Assembly (NCBI RefSeq): GCF_030013205.1
Contig: NZ_CP122648.1
Strand: one strand, 5' to 3'
DNA from: Escherichia coli
GTDB taxonomy: Bacteria > Pseudomonadota > Gammaproteobacteria > Enterobacterales > Enterobacteriaceae
DNA: 64,000 bases
In this document: positions 31,425 through 39,991 of the stretch, piece after piece
Numbering within the stretch: the stretch's first letter is position 1
How the letters are laid out: every line of letters starts with the position of its first letter
Program-made: the position numbers and the translations under genes
Notes under the pieces: model-generated
Told to the model about the DNA's origin: nothing
Seen by the model: only the letters and a program-made list of their open reading frames with translations
Databases searched by the model: none

Positions 31425-31727
31425 TTAACGGATCAACAGCCAGATCAGCAGACACGCCACCACCGGCACAGCAAAATCCATCAGGCTTGCCACATCCCAC
31501 GCGCGCGGATCAAAACCGCCCCACCACGGCATATTCATTCGCTTGCCATGCCCGAACATTTCAATCCAGCGATATTCTGCCTGGGTGTGTTCACGCGCAA
31601 TGAAGAACGTACAACCGGCTATCGCCCCGTAAGCCCAGTTCCCGGTAAAAAGACCAATCAGTAGCTGCGCAGCCACAGCACAAAGCGCATGAAGGAAAGG
31701 TGTTATATCCATTTTCATCCTACCCAA
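31425..31727 (-). CDS. Prophage small membrane protein, function unknown
   Basis: 100-aa ORF with hydrophobic segments (FLHALCAVAAQLLIGLF, AIAGCTFFIA, FAVPVVACLLIWLLI). Last gene of the tail-fibre block. Confidence 0.5.
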   Translation of the reverse strand: MGRMKMDITPFLHALCAVAAQLLIGLFTGNWAYGAIAGCTFFIAREHTQAEYRWIEMFGHGKRMNMPWWGGFDPRAWDVASLMDFAVPVVACLLIWLLIR

Positions 31728-31754
31728 TAAAACGGGGCGCTCGGCCCCTTAATA

Positions 31755-32795
31755 TTATTTAGACGCAAGCGCCGCCTCAATTGCAGATAATCTTTGTCTT
31801 AATTCTGCGTTTTCTTCTTCCAGTGCTGTTATCCTGTCGTCTGACTCTCTGGCTACCTGAACAAGCAAACCCGTTACGCCTGAGTAATCGACGGTATAGT
31901 ATCTTTCTCCCTCTTCTCCATCAGACCCATTGTCCCCGCTCTTGTACTTTATTGTGCTACCAACTGATTCAGGGATTGCATTAAGTGCCTCTTGCGCAAT
32001 AACGCCAGCATAAGGCATACCATTAGACTTGAGACGGTAAGTATACCCATTCATTAATCTGATGCGCTCAGTGGCATTATCAATAACCTGAATGTTTTCT
32101 TTAAGATCTCTGTCCGACACCTGGTCGAATGATGTAGCCTTGCATGGCCCGTTTATCTCAAGCTGATAGGTTTTATCTGGGTTCCTTTGTGCATAAAACA
32201 AAAAAAGCCCGCCATCATCCCTAATTTCATAAACAACTGGACGACTGGAATTTCCCCATAATAACGTCGACACACCAGAATACGCCGTACCTTGCGTGTT
32301 TAGTGTCATGGTCGACCCGTGATTAGCATATTTGATCTGCAATGAGTCTGTATTATCAAACTTAATAAGCGCGTTACTTCCCCGCACACCATACGACATG
32401 AGACAGTTCCCCATCTTAAGGTAACCATCACTGCCTGGAAAAATTAAAGTTCCTCCGTAAAGATCACTAAAGTCCCAAAAGATACCTTTTGTCCCGTTAT
32501 GTGTGACGATCCTCGTCATTGTATCTTTAGTACCATCAATATTTTTTCTGGTATATATGTCACTATAAGCGTTTTCCGTTTCACCAGTCTTATTTGACAA
32601 ATGCAGCTTACCGCTGAATATAGTTCCAGTTGTTGGCAATGTTTTTTGATCATAGATTACATTGCAATAACCATTCCATGTTGTTTTATTGTCTACATAA
32701 TATTTTGTTGCGTAGTTTCCTTGATCGGTTTTTAATTTACTAACATCCGATTTTAGCGTTTTGATGTCATCAGGAATTACTGTTTTTGTAACCAT
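31755..32795 (-). CDS. Tail fibre/spike protein with C-terminal intramolecular chaperone (peptidase S74-type) domain
   Basis: C-terminal ..SDRDLKENIQVIDNATERIRLMNGYTYRLKSNG..AGVIAQEALNAIPESV..YYTVDYSGVTGLLVQVARE.. followed by a coiled coil (ENAELRQRLSAIEAALASK). This is typical of the self-cleaving chaperone domain. Confidence 0.75.
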   Translation of the reverse strand: MVTKTVIPDDIKTLKSDVSKLKTDQGNYATKYYVDNKTTWNGYCNVIYDQKTLPTTGTIFSGKLHLSNKTGETENAYSDIYTRKNIDGTKDTMTRIVTHNGTKGIFWDFSDLYGGTLIFPGSDGYLKMGNCLMSYGVRGSNALIKFDNTDSLQIKYANHGSTMTLNTQGTAYSGVSTLLWGNSSRPVVYEIRDDGGLFLFYAQRNPDKTYQLEINGPCKATSFDQVSDRDLKENIQVIDNATERIRLMNGYTYRLKSNGMPYAGVIAQEALNAIPESVGSTIKYKSGDNGSDGEEGERYYTVDYSGVTGLLVQVARESDDRITALEEENAELRQRLSAIEAALASK

Positions 32796-32807
32796 TGTCT
32801 TACTCCA

Positions 32808-33077
32808 TTAAGCCCATGTCCTTACATGCTGATCTGTCGTAATGAAAGGCATTAAAGAAGATATGTTTTTACTGCTATCAACAATCCTCATGTTTACGAA
32901 AAAACCACCGCGATCAATGCCTGTACATCTTTCGTTTTCTGGCTCCTCGTAATCAATAATGCAGCCAATAACATCAACAAGAACCCCATTTTCTTCTTCA
33001 AGACTGAACAGGCCACTGTCATATACAATTGCGTTAAACTGTTCTCTGTTATCGAATCGTAATGTTATATCCCGCAT
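32808..33077 (-). CDS. Hypothetical tail-fibre-module protein
   Basis: 89-aa ORF, start-stop coupled to the upstream gene (overlap at 33077). No recognisable motif. Confidence 0.4.
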   Translation of the reverse strand: MRDITLRFDNREQFNAIVYDSGLFSLEEENGVLVDVIGCIIDYEEPENERCTGIDRGGFFVNMRIVDSSKNISSLMPFITTDQHVRTWA

Positions 33078-34366
33078 TATACGTATTCCTTAAGCTGCGT
33101 ATCTGACAATGCTCTGTTCCAGAAACGGAGGTTTTTTATATGACCATTAAGGTGTCGTAATCCTGTCGTCGTTTGCCCCCCGATTCGAATCACGGCTGCT
33201 TCACGAATATATTTCCATACTGTTTTGGTTTCAGTGCTTATATGCTTATTTGCAAATGAGCATGTCATGCCGTCAGCCTTAACCCTGAATCCCATAACGA
33301 GATCTCTTACTCCGCATGACTCATATACACGCCGGTTAGCCCCGCCTATATCGCAATACGAATAACCATCCTGACTGATAGTTCCAGAAGAACCAAACCC
33401 CATAATAAATGGGCCTCCGGACTGGTGATTTTCTGAATCAATGACACGCGGTGCAGCATTATGAGAAATAAACCAGTTTTTATGGACTTCCACCATGAAC
33501 GTAAAAGGCATGGTATACATATTTTTCATCAGCGGAAACTTACATAAATCTGATGCACGAGTCGCTGGCTCTGTTGTCGTTATGATAAAGGAAGTTGCAC
33601 AAGCACCATACTCGAATTGCGGGGTGGTTACTTCTATCCAGTCACCTGTTGCAAAAGCCCCCACTGCTCTGTCGGCTGCAATTTGCAGCTGCGTACCAAC
33701 CATTCCCCATTCTGGCAGACATTTCAGTGTTGCCTGAAAATATATCCATCCACTACCAGGGTCGATTTCAAAGTTTGCTGTTAATAGCTGGGCATTACCA
33801 CCCGTAATTTGTAGTTCATGAGTCTGTAATGACAAATAGGCGTCACAAAGGAAAGTGTATCCTTCCGAGTTATACCGTTCAAAACGGATACGTGCGCGAA
33901 CATTGAGATCACTTCTTACCCTGAACGACGCGGTAACATACGGACCTTTACTGTACTGATCATCGCCAGTCACATCTATGCCTTTATTACCAGCAACTGT
34001 GCATATATTTCTCCCTGTTGTCGTTCCTGCTATCTCACTTCCTACTGTGAAACGTCCATATTTAAACTCAAATTCATCTGTTGATGATGTTACAGATATA
34101 CCACCGCTTTTATTCCACGCATCAGGATTAAAACTATTTACGAACATGTTTGTTCGCTGATTCTCTATCAGCAAACCATATTTTTCAAAACGAGGAACGT
34201 TATTCCCTGCCACGGTAATATGCCCGGACTTATCAATATACGTTGCAGATGAAGCCCGGCTAAATTGGCATATGCCATTAACAGGCATTGTTATTTCATC
34301 ACTGCCGATGGTTATTGTTTTATAGCCCGGGGCATACCCTGTTATCGCTTCCAGAGAATCATTCAA
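33077..34366 (-). CDS. Tail-fibre-associated / receptor-binding-like protein (frame stays open upstream to 34453)
   Basis: 429 aa from a TTG. The in-frame upstream sequence reads ..NAARIAEDAADPASVPPLPDIWLPL.., so the true N-terminus is probably the frameshifted fragment at 34407-34562. The C-terminal ..LRFWNRALSDTQLKEYV resembles lectin/LamG-type ends. Confidence 0.6.
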   Translation of the reverse strand: MNDSLEAITGYAPGYKTITIGSDEITMPVNGICQFSRASSATYIDKSGHITVAGNNVPRFEKYGLLIENQRTNMFVNSFNPDAWNKSGGISVTSSTDEFEFKYGRFTVGSEIAGTTTGRNICTVAGNKGIDVTGDDQYSKGPYVTASFRVRSDLNVRARIRFERYNSEGYTFLCDAYLSLQTHELQITGGNAQLLTANFEIDPGSGWIYFQATLKCLPEWGMVGTQLQIAADRAVGAFATGDWIEVTTPQFEYGACATSFIITTTEPATRASDLCKFPLMKNMYTMPFTFMVEVHKNWFISHNAAPRVIDSENHQSGGPFIMGFGSSGTISQDGYSYCDIGGANRRVYESCGVRDLVMGFRVKADGMTCSFANKHISTETKTVWKYIREAAVIRIGGQTTTGLRHLNGHIKNLRFWNRALSDTQLKEYV

Positions 34367-34406
34367 GGGTAGCCAGATATCAGGAAGCGGAGGGACAGAA
34401 GCAGGA

Positions 34407-34562
34407 TCAGCGGCATCTTCTGCAATCCGGGCTGCATTCAGAGGCCACCGTGTTCACCAGTACCGTGGTGCTGTTACGCTTTGCCTTCAGTTGAATAGTG
34501 CAGTTCTGTATTGGTTTTCCCGCACCATCTTTCAGCACACCTGAGATTTTTACTGCTGCCAT
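34407..34562 (-). pseudogene. Side-tail-fibre N-terminal fragment (lambda Stf-like), out of frame with the downstream body
   Basis: ATG at 34562 gives MAAVKISGVLKDGAGKPIQNCTIQLKAKRNSTTVLVNTVASE, very close to the lambda Stf N-terminus MAVKISGVLKDGTGKPVQNCTIQLKARRNSTTVVVNTV... It then reads CSPDCRRCR and stops. Confidence 0.65.
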
Positions 34563-34573
34563 ATCCACTCCAC

Positions 34574-34600
34574 AAAAAAGCCCGCCTGAACCGGCGGGCT
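34574..34600 (-). terminator. Rho-independent terminator after lom
   Basis: GCCCGCC..GGCGGGC stem followed on the minus strand by TTTTTT. Confidence 0.65.
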
Positions 34601-34626
34601 GTCATAACACTGTGTTACCTGGCTAA

Positions 34627-35226
34627 TCAGAACTTATAACCGACACCCACGATGAAACCGTCAGTGCGCCAGTCGCCACTGCCGGAGCCTTCATAAGCAA
34701 TATCAATGGCCACGGATTCGGTCGGGTTAAACTGCACGCCAGCTCCCCACGCCAGAGACGTGTTGCTGTGGCGACCGTCATCACTTCCGGTCAGCACATC
34801 GTGCTTTTTCCCCTTGTTGTCAGTTACGCGGAGATAATCCCCGGAGAAAGTCGACACACGGCTGTAAGCCACACCCGCCATCGCATACGCGCTGAACCAT
34901 TCATTCACGCGCACAGACGGCCCCGCCATTACGCTGAACCAGCGGTTACGAACGGAATCTTCATGCCAGCGGGTATCGCTGTAACGGGTCAGCTGGCGAT
35001 TCTTGTCTCCTGCATAGCTGAATGACGTCACCAGCCCCAGTGTGTCCGTAAACTCATAACGGTATTTCACGTTAATCCCGTTCAGATCATCACTGCCGGG
35101 GACGTTCGTCGAGGCATGAAGATACCCCGCGCTCAGCGTGGACTGATGTTCAGACGCCCATGCAGGCGCACCGGATACGGCCAGACAAATGGCTGCGGAC
35201 AAAATTGCTGCACAAACTTTACGCAT
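34627..35226 (-). CDS. lom: Lom-like outer membrane protein (Ail/OmpX/Lom family)
   Basis: 199 aa with a signal peptide (MRKVCAAILSAAICLAVSGAPAWA), beta-barrel repeats and a C-terminal ..GFIVGVGYKF. Sits between J and the tail fibre, as in lambda. Confidence 0.9.
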   Translation of the reverse strand: MRKVCAAILSAAICLAVSGAPAWASEHQSTLSAGYLHASTNVPGSDDLNGINVKYRYEFTDTLGLVTSFSYAGDKNRQLTRYSDTRWHEDSVRNRWFSVMAGPSVRVNEWFSAYAMAGVAYSRVSTFSGDYLRVTDNKGKKHDVLTGSDDGRHSNTSLAWGAGVQFNPTESVAIDIAYEGSGSGDWRTDGFIVGVGYKF

Positions 35227-35296
35227 AATTACCTCTCGCTTTTCTGCAATAAAAAAGGCGTCATTCCTGACGCCCTTTATTGGGGTTATAAATATT

Positions 35297-37108
35297 TCAA
35301 CGAATACTGATGCCGGAAGCGGCTTTTTTGGTCACAATCACCGTACAGTCGGTGATATTGCCTGCCCCCTGATTGCCTTTCTGGAAAATCTTAAACTCCA
35401 GAGTGACGCTTCCCCTGCCACTCGGCATATCAATAACTGCACTGTAACTACCGGGAATGGCCCCTTTAGTTTCTCTGGATGCGATTAATACGCCGTTTTT
35501 GCGAACTTCAAAACCATAACCCGTGTATCTTGTACCTCCCGGGTTATTACCACTTCCCGGATCGCTATACGCTATTCCGTTAAAGATAATGGGCGGAATA
35601 ATGATTTGACGGTCAAAGTTATGATCATCGCTGATGGTGACTGTAACCGTCCCGTTTGGTGTTTCCGTATTACCCCACGTACCAGCCTGTTTCGGGAATG
35701 ATTTGGATACAGCTTTAACGAAGTCACCTCTGACCTGAGTCGCCTCCAGCATGCCCTTAATCGTACAGTTTTCATTTACCGTGACATTGTTGAGCGTCCC
35801 GGCGTTCGCATTCACACTGCCACTGATATCCGCATTTTTAGCGGTCAGCTTTCCGTCCGGTGTCAGGGAAAATGCCGGCGGATTTCCACCGCTGGTAATG
35901 GTGGGAGCCGTCAGGCGTTTCAGGAACACGTCATTCATGAATATCTGATCACCCTGACCAACAAACATCGGTTTTGTGTTGCCATTTGCAGGATTAATCA
36001 TCGCAATCCTGTCCGCCGCCAGCAGCACCTGACTCTGCATGCCGTCAGGGGTGTTCTCAATACCGGCACCGATACCCGCAATATAAAGGCGTCCGTCCTG
36101 CATCTGCTGCAGCTTCACTGCCCACATGCTGTTCAGGTTATTATTTGTATCAACCTGAACCTTCTGTATCTGCTGGATCGCTGCACTCTGGTCTTCCAGT
36201 TTCTTATTGACGGTCTGTGTTATTTCATTGCTGACATCCGTTATGGACGTCCTGATTTCAGTCAGGTCAGGCGCAAGCTGACCGTTATCAATCTGCGTCC
36301 ACAGCTCCTGAGCCAGATGGGTTTTCCCTATCTCGCCTTTGAAAAAATCCAGATAGCCTGATGCATCATCACTCGGCTGACCGACAGCCTCCACGAATGC
36401 CGATTTGCCAACGGTGTTCACACTGCGAACGTAAAAATAATAATCATGGCCCGGTTTGATATTGATACTGGCGGCTATCCAGTACAGCGCCGTGCCAAGA
36501 TAGCGTGCTGTGGTTTCAACCTGCCTGATATCCGCAATCCGCTTTTCCGAGAACCAGAACTCAAACTGTACCGTCGGATCATAAACCGCAAGATGCGGCG
36601 TGGCGGTTATCTGAAAATAGCCCGGCGTCAGCTCAATCCGCGACGGCGCTGCCGGTGCGGCAATCCGGAACGATACCGACGCCGGATCTCCCTGCTGCCC
36701 CCACGCATTTACCGCCCGGACTGTCAGCCTGTAGTTCCCCAGCGCCAGTTGCGTGAAGCGGTATGTGGTTTCCGTCGTCCGGGCCGTGCTGACCAGCCGC
36801 TCACTGCCGTCGTCCGCTGTTACGGTCAGACGGAGCAGGAAGCTCACGCCCTTCACCACCTTCGGCGTGTCCCAGCGCGCCAGCACCTGATATTCCCCGC
36901 TGTCTGCAGTGACTTCTGCGGTCAGGTGCTGCACCGCTGGCGGCGTGACACCATTCACCGTGCCGCTCTGGTCACCGTCAAAGTGCGCCCCGTTATCCAC
37001 GATGGCTTCTTTCTCCGGTACATGCTGCACGGCGGTGATGGCATACGTGCCGTCATCGTTCTCACGGATACTCACGCACCCGCATATACTGAGCAACGGC
37101 ATCAGCAA
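35297..37108 (-). pseudogene. C-terminal half of a lambda J-like tail tip/host-specificity protein (5' truncated)
   Basis: From ..[34 protein letters not shown].. onward it tracks the lambda gpJ C-terminal half as I recall it (..[46 protein letters not shown]..). The first ~12 codons are junction sequence. Confidence 0.88.
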
Positions 37109-37184
37109 CCCGCATTCGTCTCGGTGCGCGAAGGATATAACCTGAATCGGTTCGTGCTGCCTTTGCGGTTTCCTGATTCAGCAT
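37062..37184 (-). pseudogene. Terminase large subunit 5' stub fused to the J fragment
   Basis: ATG at 37184 overlaps the terS stop (TAATG) and reads [30 protein letters not shown].. for 40 codons. It then stops inside the J-derived sequence, in a different frame from J. Confidence 0.5.
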
Positions 37185-37678
37185 TACTCCTCCTGCTGTA
37201 ATTCCTCCTCATCATCCGCACCTGCTTCAGTCACCCGCAGGGCTATCTGATCGCGAAGATCATCAATAATGGACTGAACACGGCTCACAGCGGCAGGCTG
37301 CAGACCGCAGTCACGTTCAAGAATATCCGGTAATGTCTCCAGCACCTGCACGACCGCTTTTGCCCAGATGGCAAACTCCCGTCTGACATCACTGGCCGGA
37401 ATGAGTTGTGCCGTTTCCTGTTCGAACTTAAGACGCTCACGTTCAGACTGATACCAGGCTTTGCGCTCATGCGCGTCCATTTCGCCTTCTGCAACCGGCG
37501 GTGGTAATGCCAGAAATGCCGACACAATATCAACCACCCGATAAAGCTTGAGGTTGCTTTCATGCCCCCCTGCAACGGGTAGATTTTGCAGCCTTGCCGC
37601 AGCAGTCTGGCGATGTACACCTGACAATGCCGCCAGTTGACTGATATTCAGCGTCAGATTTTTTAACTCTCGATCCAT
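37184..37678 (-). CDS. Terminase small subunit (Nu1-like HTH)
   Basis: 164 aa with an N-terminal HTH (LNISQLAALSGVHRQTAAARL) and an acidic C-terminus. Lies immediately upstream of the terL stub and downstream of a cos-like site. Confidence 0.65.
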   Translation of the reverse strand: MDRELKNLTLNISQLAALSGVHRQTAAARLQNLPVAGGHESNLKLYRVVDIVSAFLALPPPVAEGEMDAHERKAWYQSERERLKFEQETAQLIPASDVRREFAIWAKAVVQVLETLPDILERDCGLQPAAVSRVQSIIDDLRDQIALRVTEAGADDEEELQQEE

Positions 37679-37852
37679 ACCCGCTCCAGAATGTTTTAAA
37701 CATGCATCTTGCGAACAACTTTAGGCAAACGGTGTTAGTGATGAACAAAAAACAATCAGAATCGACACCATAAAAATAAAATCACTGTAATATCAATCAA
37801 TTACAGTGGTGGTGATGACGAATAAAATTTCAAAAACTAGCCTTTTTCCGCG

Positions 37853-37864
37853 ACGCTCCCGCCC
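37853..37864 (-). other. Candidate cosN cohesive-end sequence
   Basis: The minus strand reads GGGCGGGAGCGT followed by CGCGGAAAAAGG..TTTTTGAAATTTTATTCG. Compare lambda GGGCGGCGACCT CGCGGGTTTTCGC..ATGAAAATTTTCCGG. It is located upstream of terS. Confidence 0.3.
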
Positions 37865-37894
37865 CGTGGCAAGGCCACCCCACCGGGAGGACCC

Positions 37895-38020
37895 ATGAAA
37901 AATGAGAGCAATTATCATTTATGCTCAATTAAACATCAGCATTATCGCAGCCCCTCACTGAAGGACTGCTGTAATGCTGATTGTTCAACATCAAAAAACC
38001 CAATCTGTTGCAAGTTATAA
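37895..38020 (+). CDS. Unannotated 41-codon Cys-rich small ORF
   Basis: GGGAGG lies 4 nt upstream of the ATG. It encodes MKNESNYHLCSIKHQHYRSPSLKDCCNADCSTSKNPICCKL (6 Cys including two CC pairs). It is below the ORF-track length cut-off, so coding status is unproven. Confidence 0.3.
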   Translation: MKNESNYHLCSIKHQHYRSPSLKDCCNADCSTSKNPICCKL

Positions 38021-38110
38021 AAGCAACAAACGACATTGCGCGTTAAGATTTTCTTAATATTTAAGAAATATATTTTTTAATCTCATTTATTTTTGCAAAA
38101 GACTTTTCAT

Positions 38111-38686
38111 ATGCAGCGTCGAGAAATAAAGAAAATTACTTATTTAATCACTTTGATTTTAACTACTCTTTTGTTTGTTTATTTTTTAAGAACACCCACC
38201 ACAATCAATATGAAACAGGCGCATAAAATAAATCAACAACACCAGACAATTTTCCTTATCCGTCACGGTGAACGATGTGACAGAAGCAAAAATGCATGTC
38301 TCTCAAGCAATAAAGGAATTACCGTCAATGGTGCCATTAAAGCTCGTGATTATGGAAAAATATTTAGCAATACTTTCCCGTCATTCAGCCTTTACTCCAC
38401 GGATACCATACGGACAATGCAGACAGCCTGTTTTTTCTCTGGAGGAAAAGCAGCCTCCCGGATACCGTTGGCTGCAACATGTGGACTTGATGCTGCAAAG
38501 AACATACTCAAATTGTCATCCGATAATAAAACTACCGTTATATTCACCCATAATCATTGCCTGACACAAATAGCAAAAAAAATGAAATGGTGGAAGTTAA
38601 AGCCAGAATATCTTGAAACACTGGTTCTTCATATCGAAAACAATCGTCTCATTCTTGACGGAAAACTGACTCACGATAAAGCGTAA
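38111..38686 (+). CDS. Ais/PmrG-like LPS core heptose(II)-phosphate phosphatase homologue (histidine phosphatase family)
   Basis: ..[85 protein letters not shown]..LDGKL parallels E. coli Ais (..[83 protein letters not shown]..LDGEF). Has an N-terminal signal anchor. Confidence 0.8.
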   Translation: [191 protein letters not shown]

Positions 38687-38757
38687 CAATCATTCAAAGA
38701 GTCAACATATTTTCTGCATTAACCCCGAACAGTTCCTCTGCCGGGGTTTTGTATTAG

Positions 38758-39141
38758 TTATCGCCTCAACTGAAAATGCGGTCCGTCTTTCAGTGTTTTC
38801 CAGTCCCCGCCCCATTCGATGGCAGTTCCCAGCTCTGCGGCAGCCTGCTTAAATGCCTGCGCTATTTTCTCGTACAGAGGCCAGTCCCATGACACCTGGC
38901 TGCCAACCCAGGCAACAACATCCACCGCATCACCGGTCAGGTGGCGGCTGTTCATGGTCTGGCTTTTCCCTTCCGCGACCAGCTGTTTCTGGCGTTCTTT
39001 CGTGCGCAGCCCTTCCGTAATACCGAAATCAACCTCCGTCAGCTCCAGCGCACGGCGAACGACAGCAACCAGCTGTGGTTTAACGCCCTCCAGATTCTTT
39101 TCGCTGCGACGACTAAATCTGAATTTACCCGACATATTCAC
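38758..39141 (-). CDS. Endolysin, peptidase M15 (L-alanyl-D-glutamate peptidase type)
   Basis: 127 aa with ..GITEGLRTKERQKQLVAEGKSQTMNSRHLTGDAVDVVAW..WGGDWKTLKDGPHFQL, the H..D..H zinc-peptidase pattern of M15 phage lysins. Confidence 0.85.
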   Translation of the reverse strand: MNMSGKFRFSRRSEKNLEGVKPQLVAVVRRALELTEVDFGITEGLRTKERQKQLVAEGKSQTMNSRHLTGDAVDVVAWVGSQVSWDWPLYEKIAQAFKQAAAELGTAIEWGGDWKTLKDGPHFQLRR

Positions 39142-39413
39142 CTCAACAATGGAAAGATTTTTGTGACGTTCCCGCGCGCGCGTATCACCAGCACGCAGAA
39201 CAGCAGATTAAAAAACACTTCAGGCCAGCCCGTTGCTAACGGGCGACCACACAGATAGCTGAGGGGCGCAAAGGCATACAGCAGCATCAGCAGCCAGGCC
39301 AGCCATGACATCAGCGGTTTATGTCTGGAATCACGGCGACGATAAAAAAAGAACGTCAGCACGATAACCGTGCATAACGCCACATTCAGCAATCCGGGAA
39401 GGTTACTTAACAT
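39138..39413 (-). CDS. Lysis-cassette membrane protein (holin partner/antiholin-like)
   Basis: 91 aa with 3 hydrophobic segments. Overlaps both the holin and endolysin genes. Confidence 0.4.
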   Translation of the reverse strand: MLSNLPGLLNVALCTVIVLTFFFYRRRDSRHKPLMSWLAWLLMLLYAFAPLSYLCGRPLATGWPEVFFNLLFCVLVIRARGNVTKIFPLLR

Positions 39414-39795
39414 TGCCGCCTCCTCCGCCCCTCAGGCGGGAGAACAGGCCGGACACCAGTGATGCGATATCCTGCTGGTGGATGAATGACAGAATCTTCA
39501 CTGACACCACCGATACCAGCACCGCACACAGCGCATCTGCCGATGTACCGTCATACCCTGTTTTTGATGTAATCCAGGCTGACAGCACACGTGCTCCCAG
39601 CACGCCGACGATAAACGACACCAGAAAATGCGCCGCCACACGCCAGGCGGAAATCTTCTGCGGCACAGTTGCCACAAACAAAGCCCCCGCGAACGCACCA
39701 AACACAATCCCGAAATCCGTTCCGGTGAACAGCCCGAATACCGTCGCCCCTCCGAGCGCAGCCGCCGTGCCGGAACCGGATAAGGGTTCAGACAT
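39403..39795 (-). CDS. Putative holin
   Basis: 130 aa with Gly/Ala-rich TM segments (AAALGGATVFGLFTG, IVFGAFAGALFVATV, AAHFLVSFIVGVLGARVL, ALCAVLVSVVSVKIL). It is the first gene of the lysis block. Confidence 0.6.
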   Translation of the reverse strand: MSEPLSGSGTAAALGGATVFGLFTGTDFGIVFGAFAGALFVATVPQKISAWRVAAHFLVSFIVGVLGARVLSAWITSKTGYDGTSADALCAVLVSVVSVKILSFIHQQDIASLVSGLFSRLRGGGGGNVK

Positions 39796-39811
39796 ACTTT
39801 TTTCTCCTGTA

Positions 39812-39838
39812 AATAAAAAAGGGCCACCAGCGGCCCGT
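39812..39838 (-). terminator. Rho-independent terminator upstream of the lysis genes
   Basis: GGGCC..GGCCC stem followed on the minus strand by TTTTTTATTT. Confidence 0.55.
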
Positions 39839-39963
39839 AAAAAAACAACACCCCGTCAAAGGCACCCGCAGATACCTTTTGTGTGGTGTATTCAGATTTG
39901 ACATACGCTGAGCAGGGCGAAGAAATGAAAAAGGCCCGCAGTAGCGAGCCATGAAGAAACTGA

Positions 39964-39991
39964 ATAAAAAAAACCGCCTGGTACGGCGGTT
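39964..39991 (-). terminator. Rho-independent terminator downstream of the prophage tRNA
   Basis: AACCGCC..GGCGGTT stem followed on the minus strand by TTTTTTTT. Confidence 0.6.

Noticed and set aside
36446-37201. A 251-aa plus-strand ORF across the J fragment and the terL stub.
   Set aside because: It is antisense to sequence with clear lambda J homology, and its composition (R/P/C-rich) is typical of a shadow frame.
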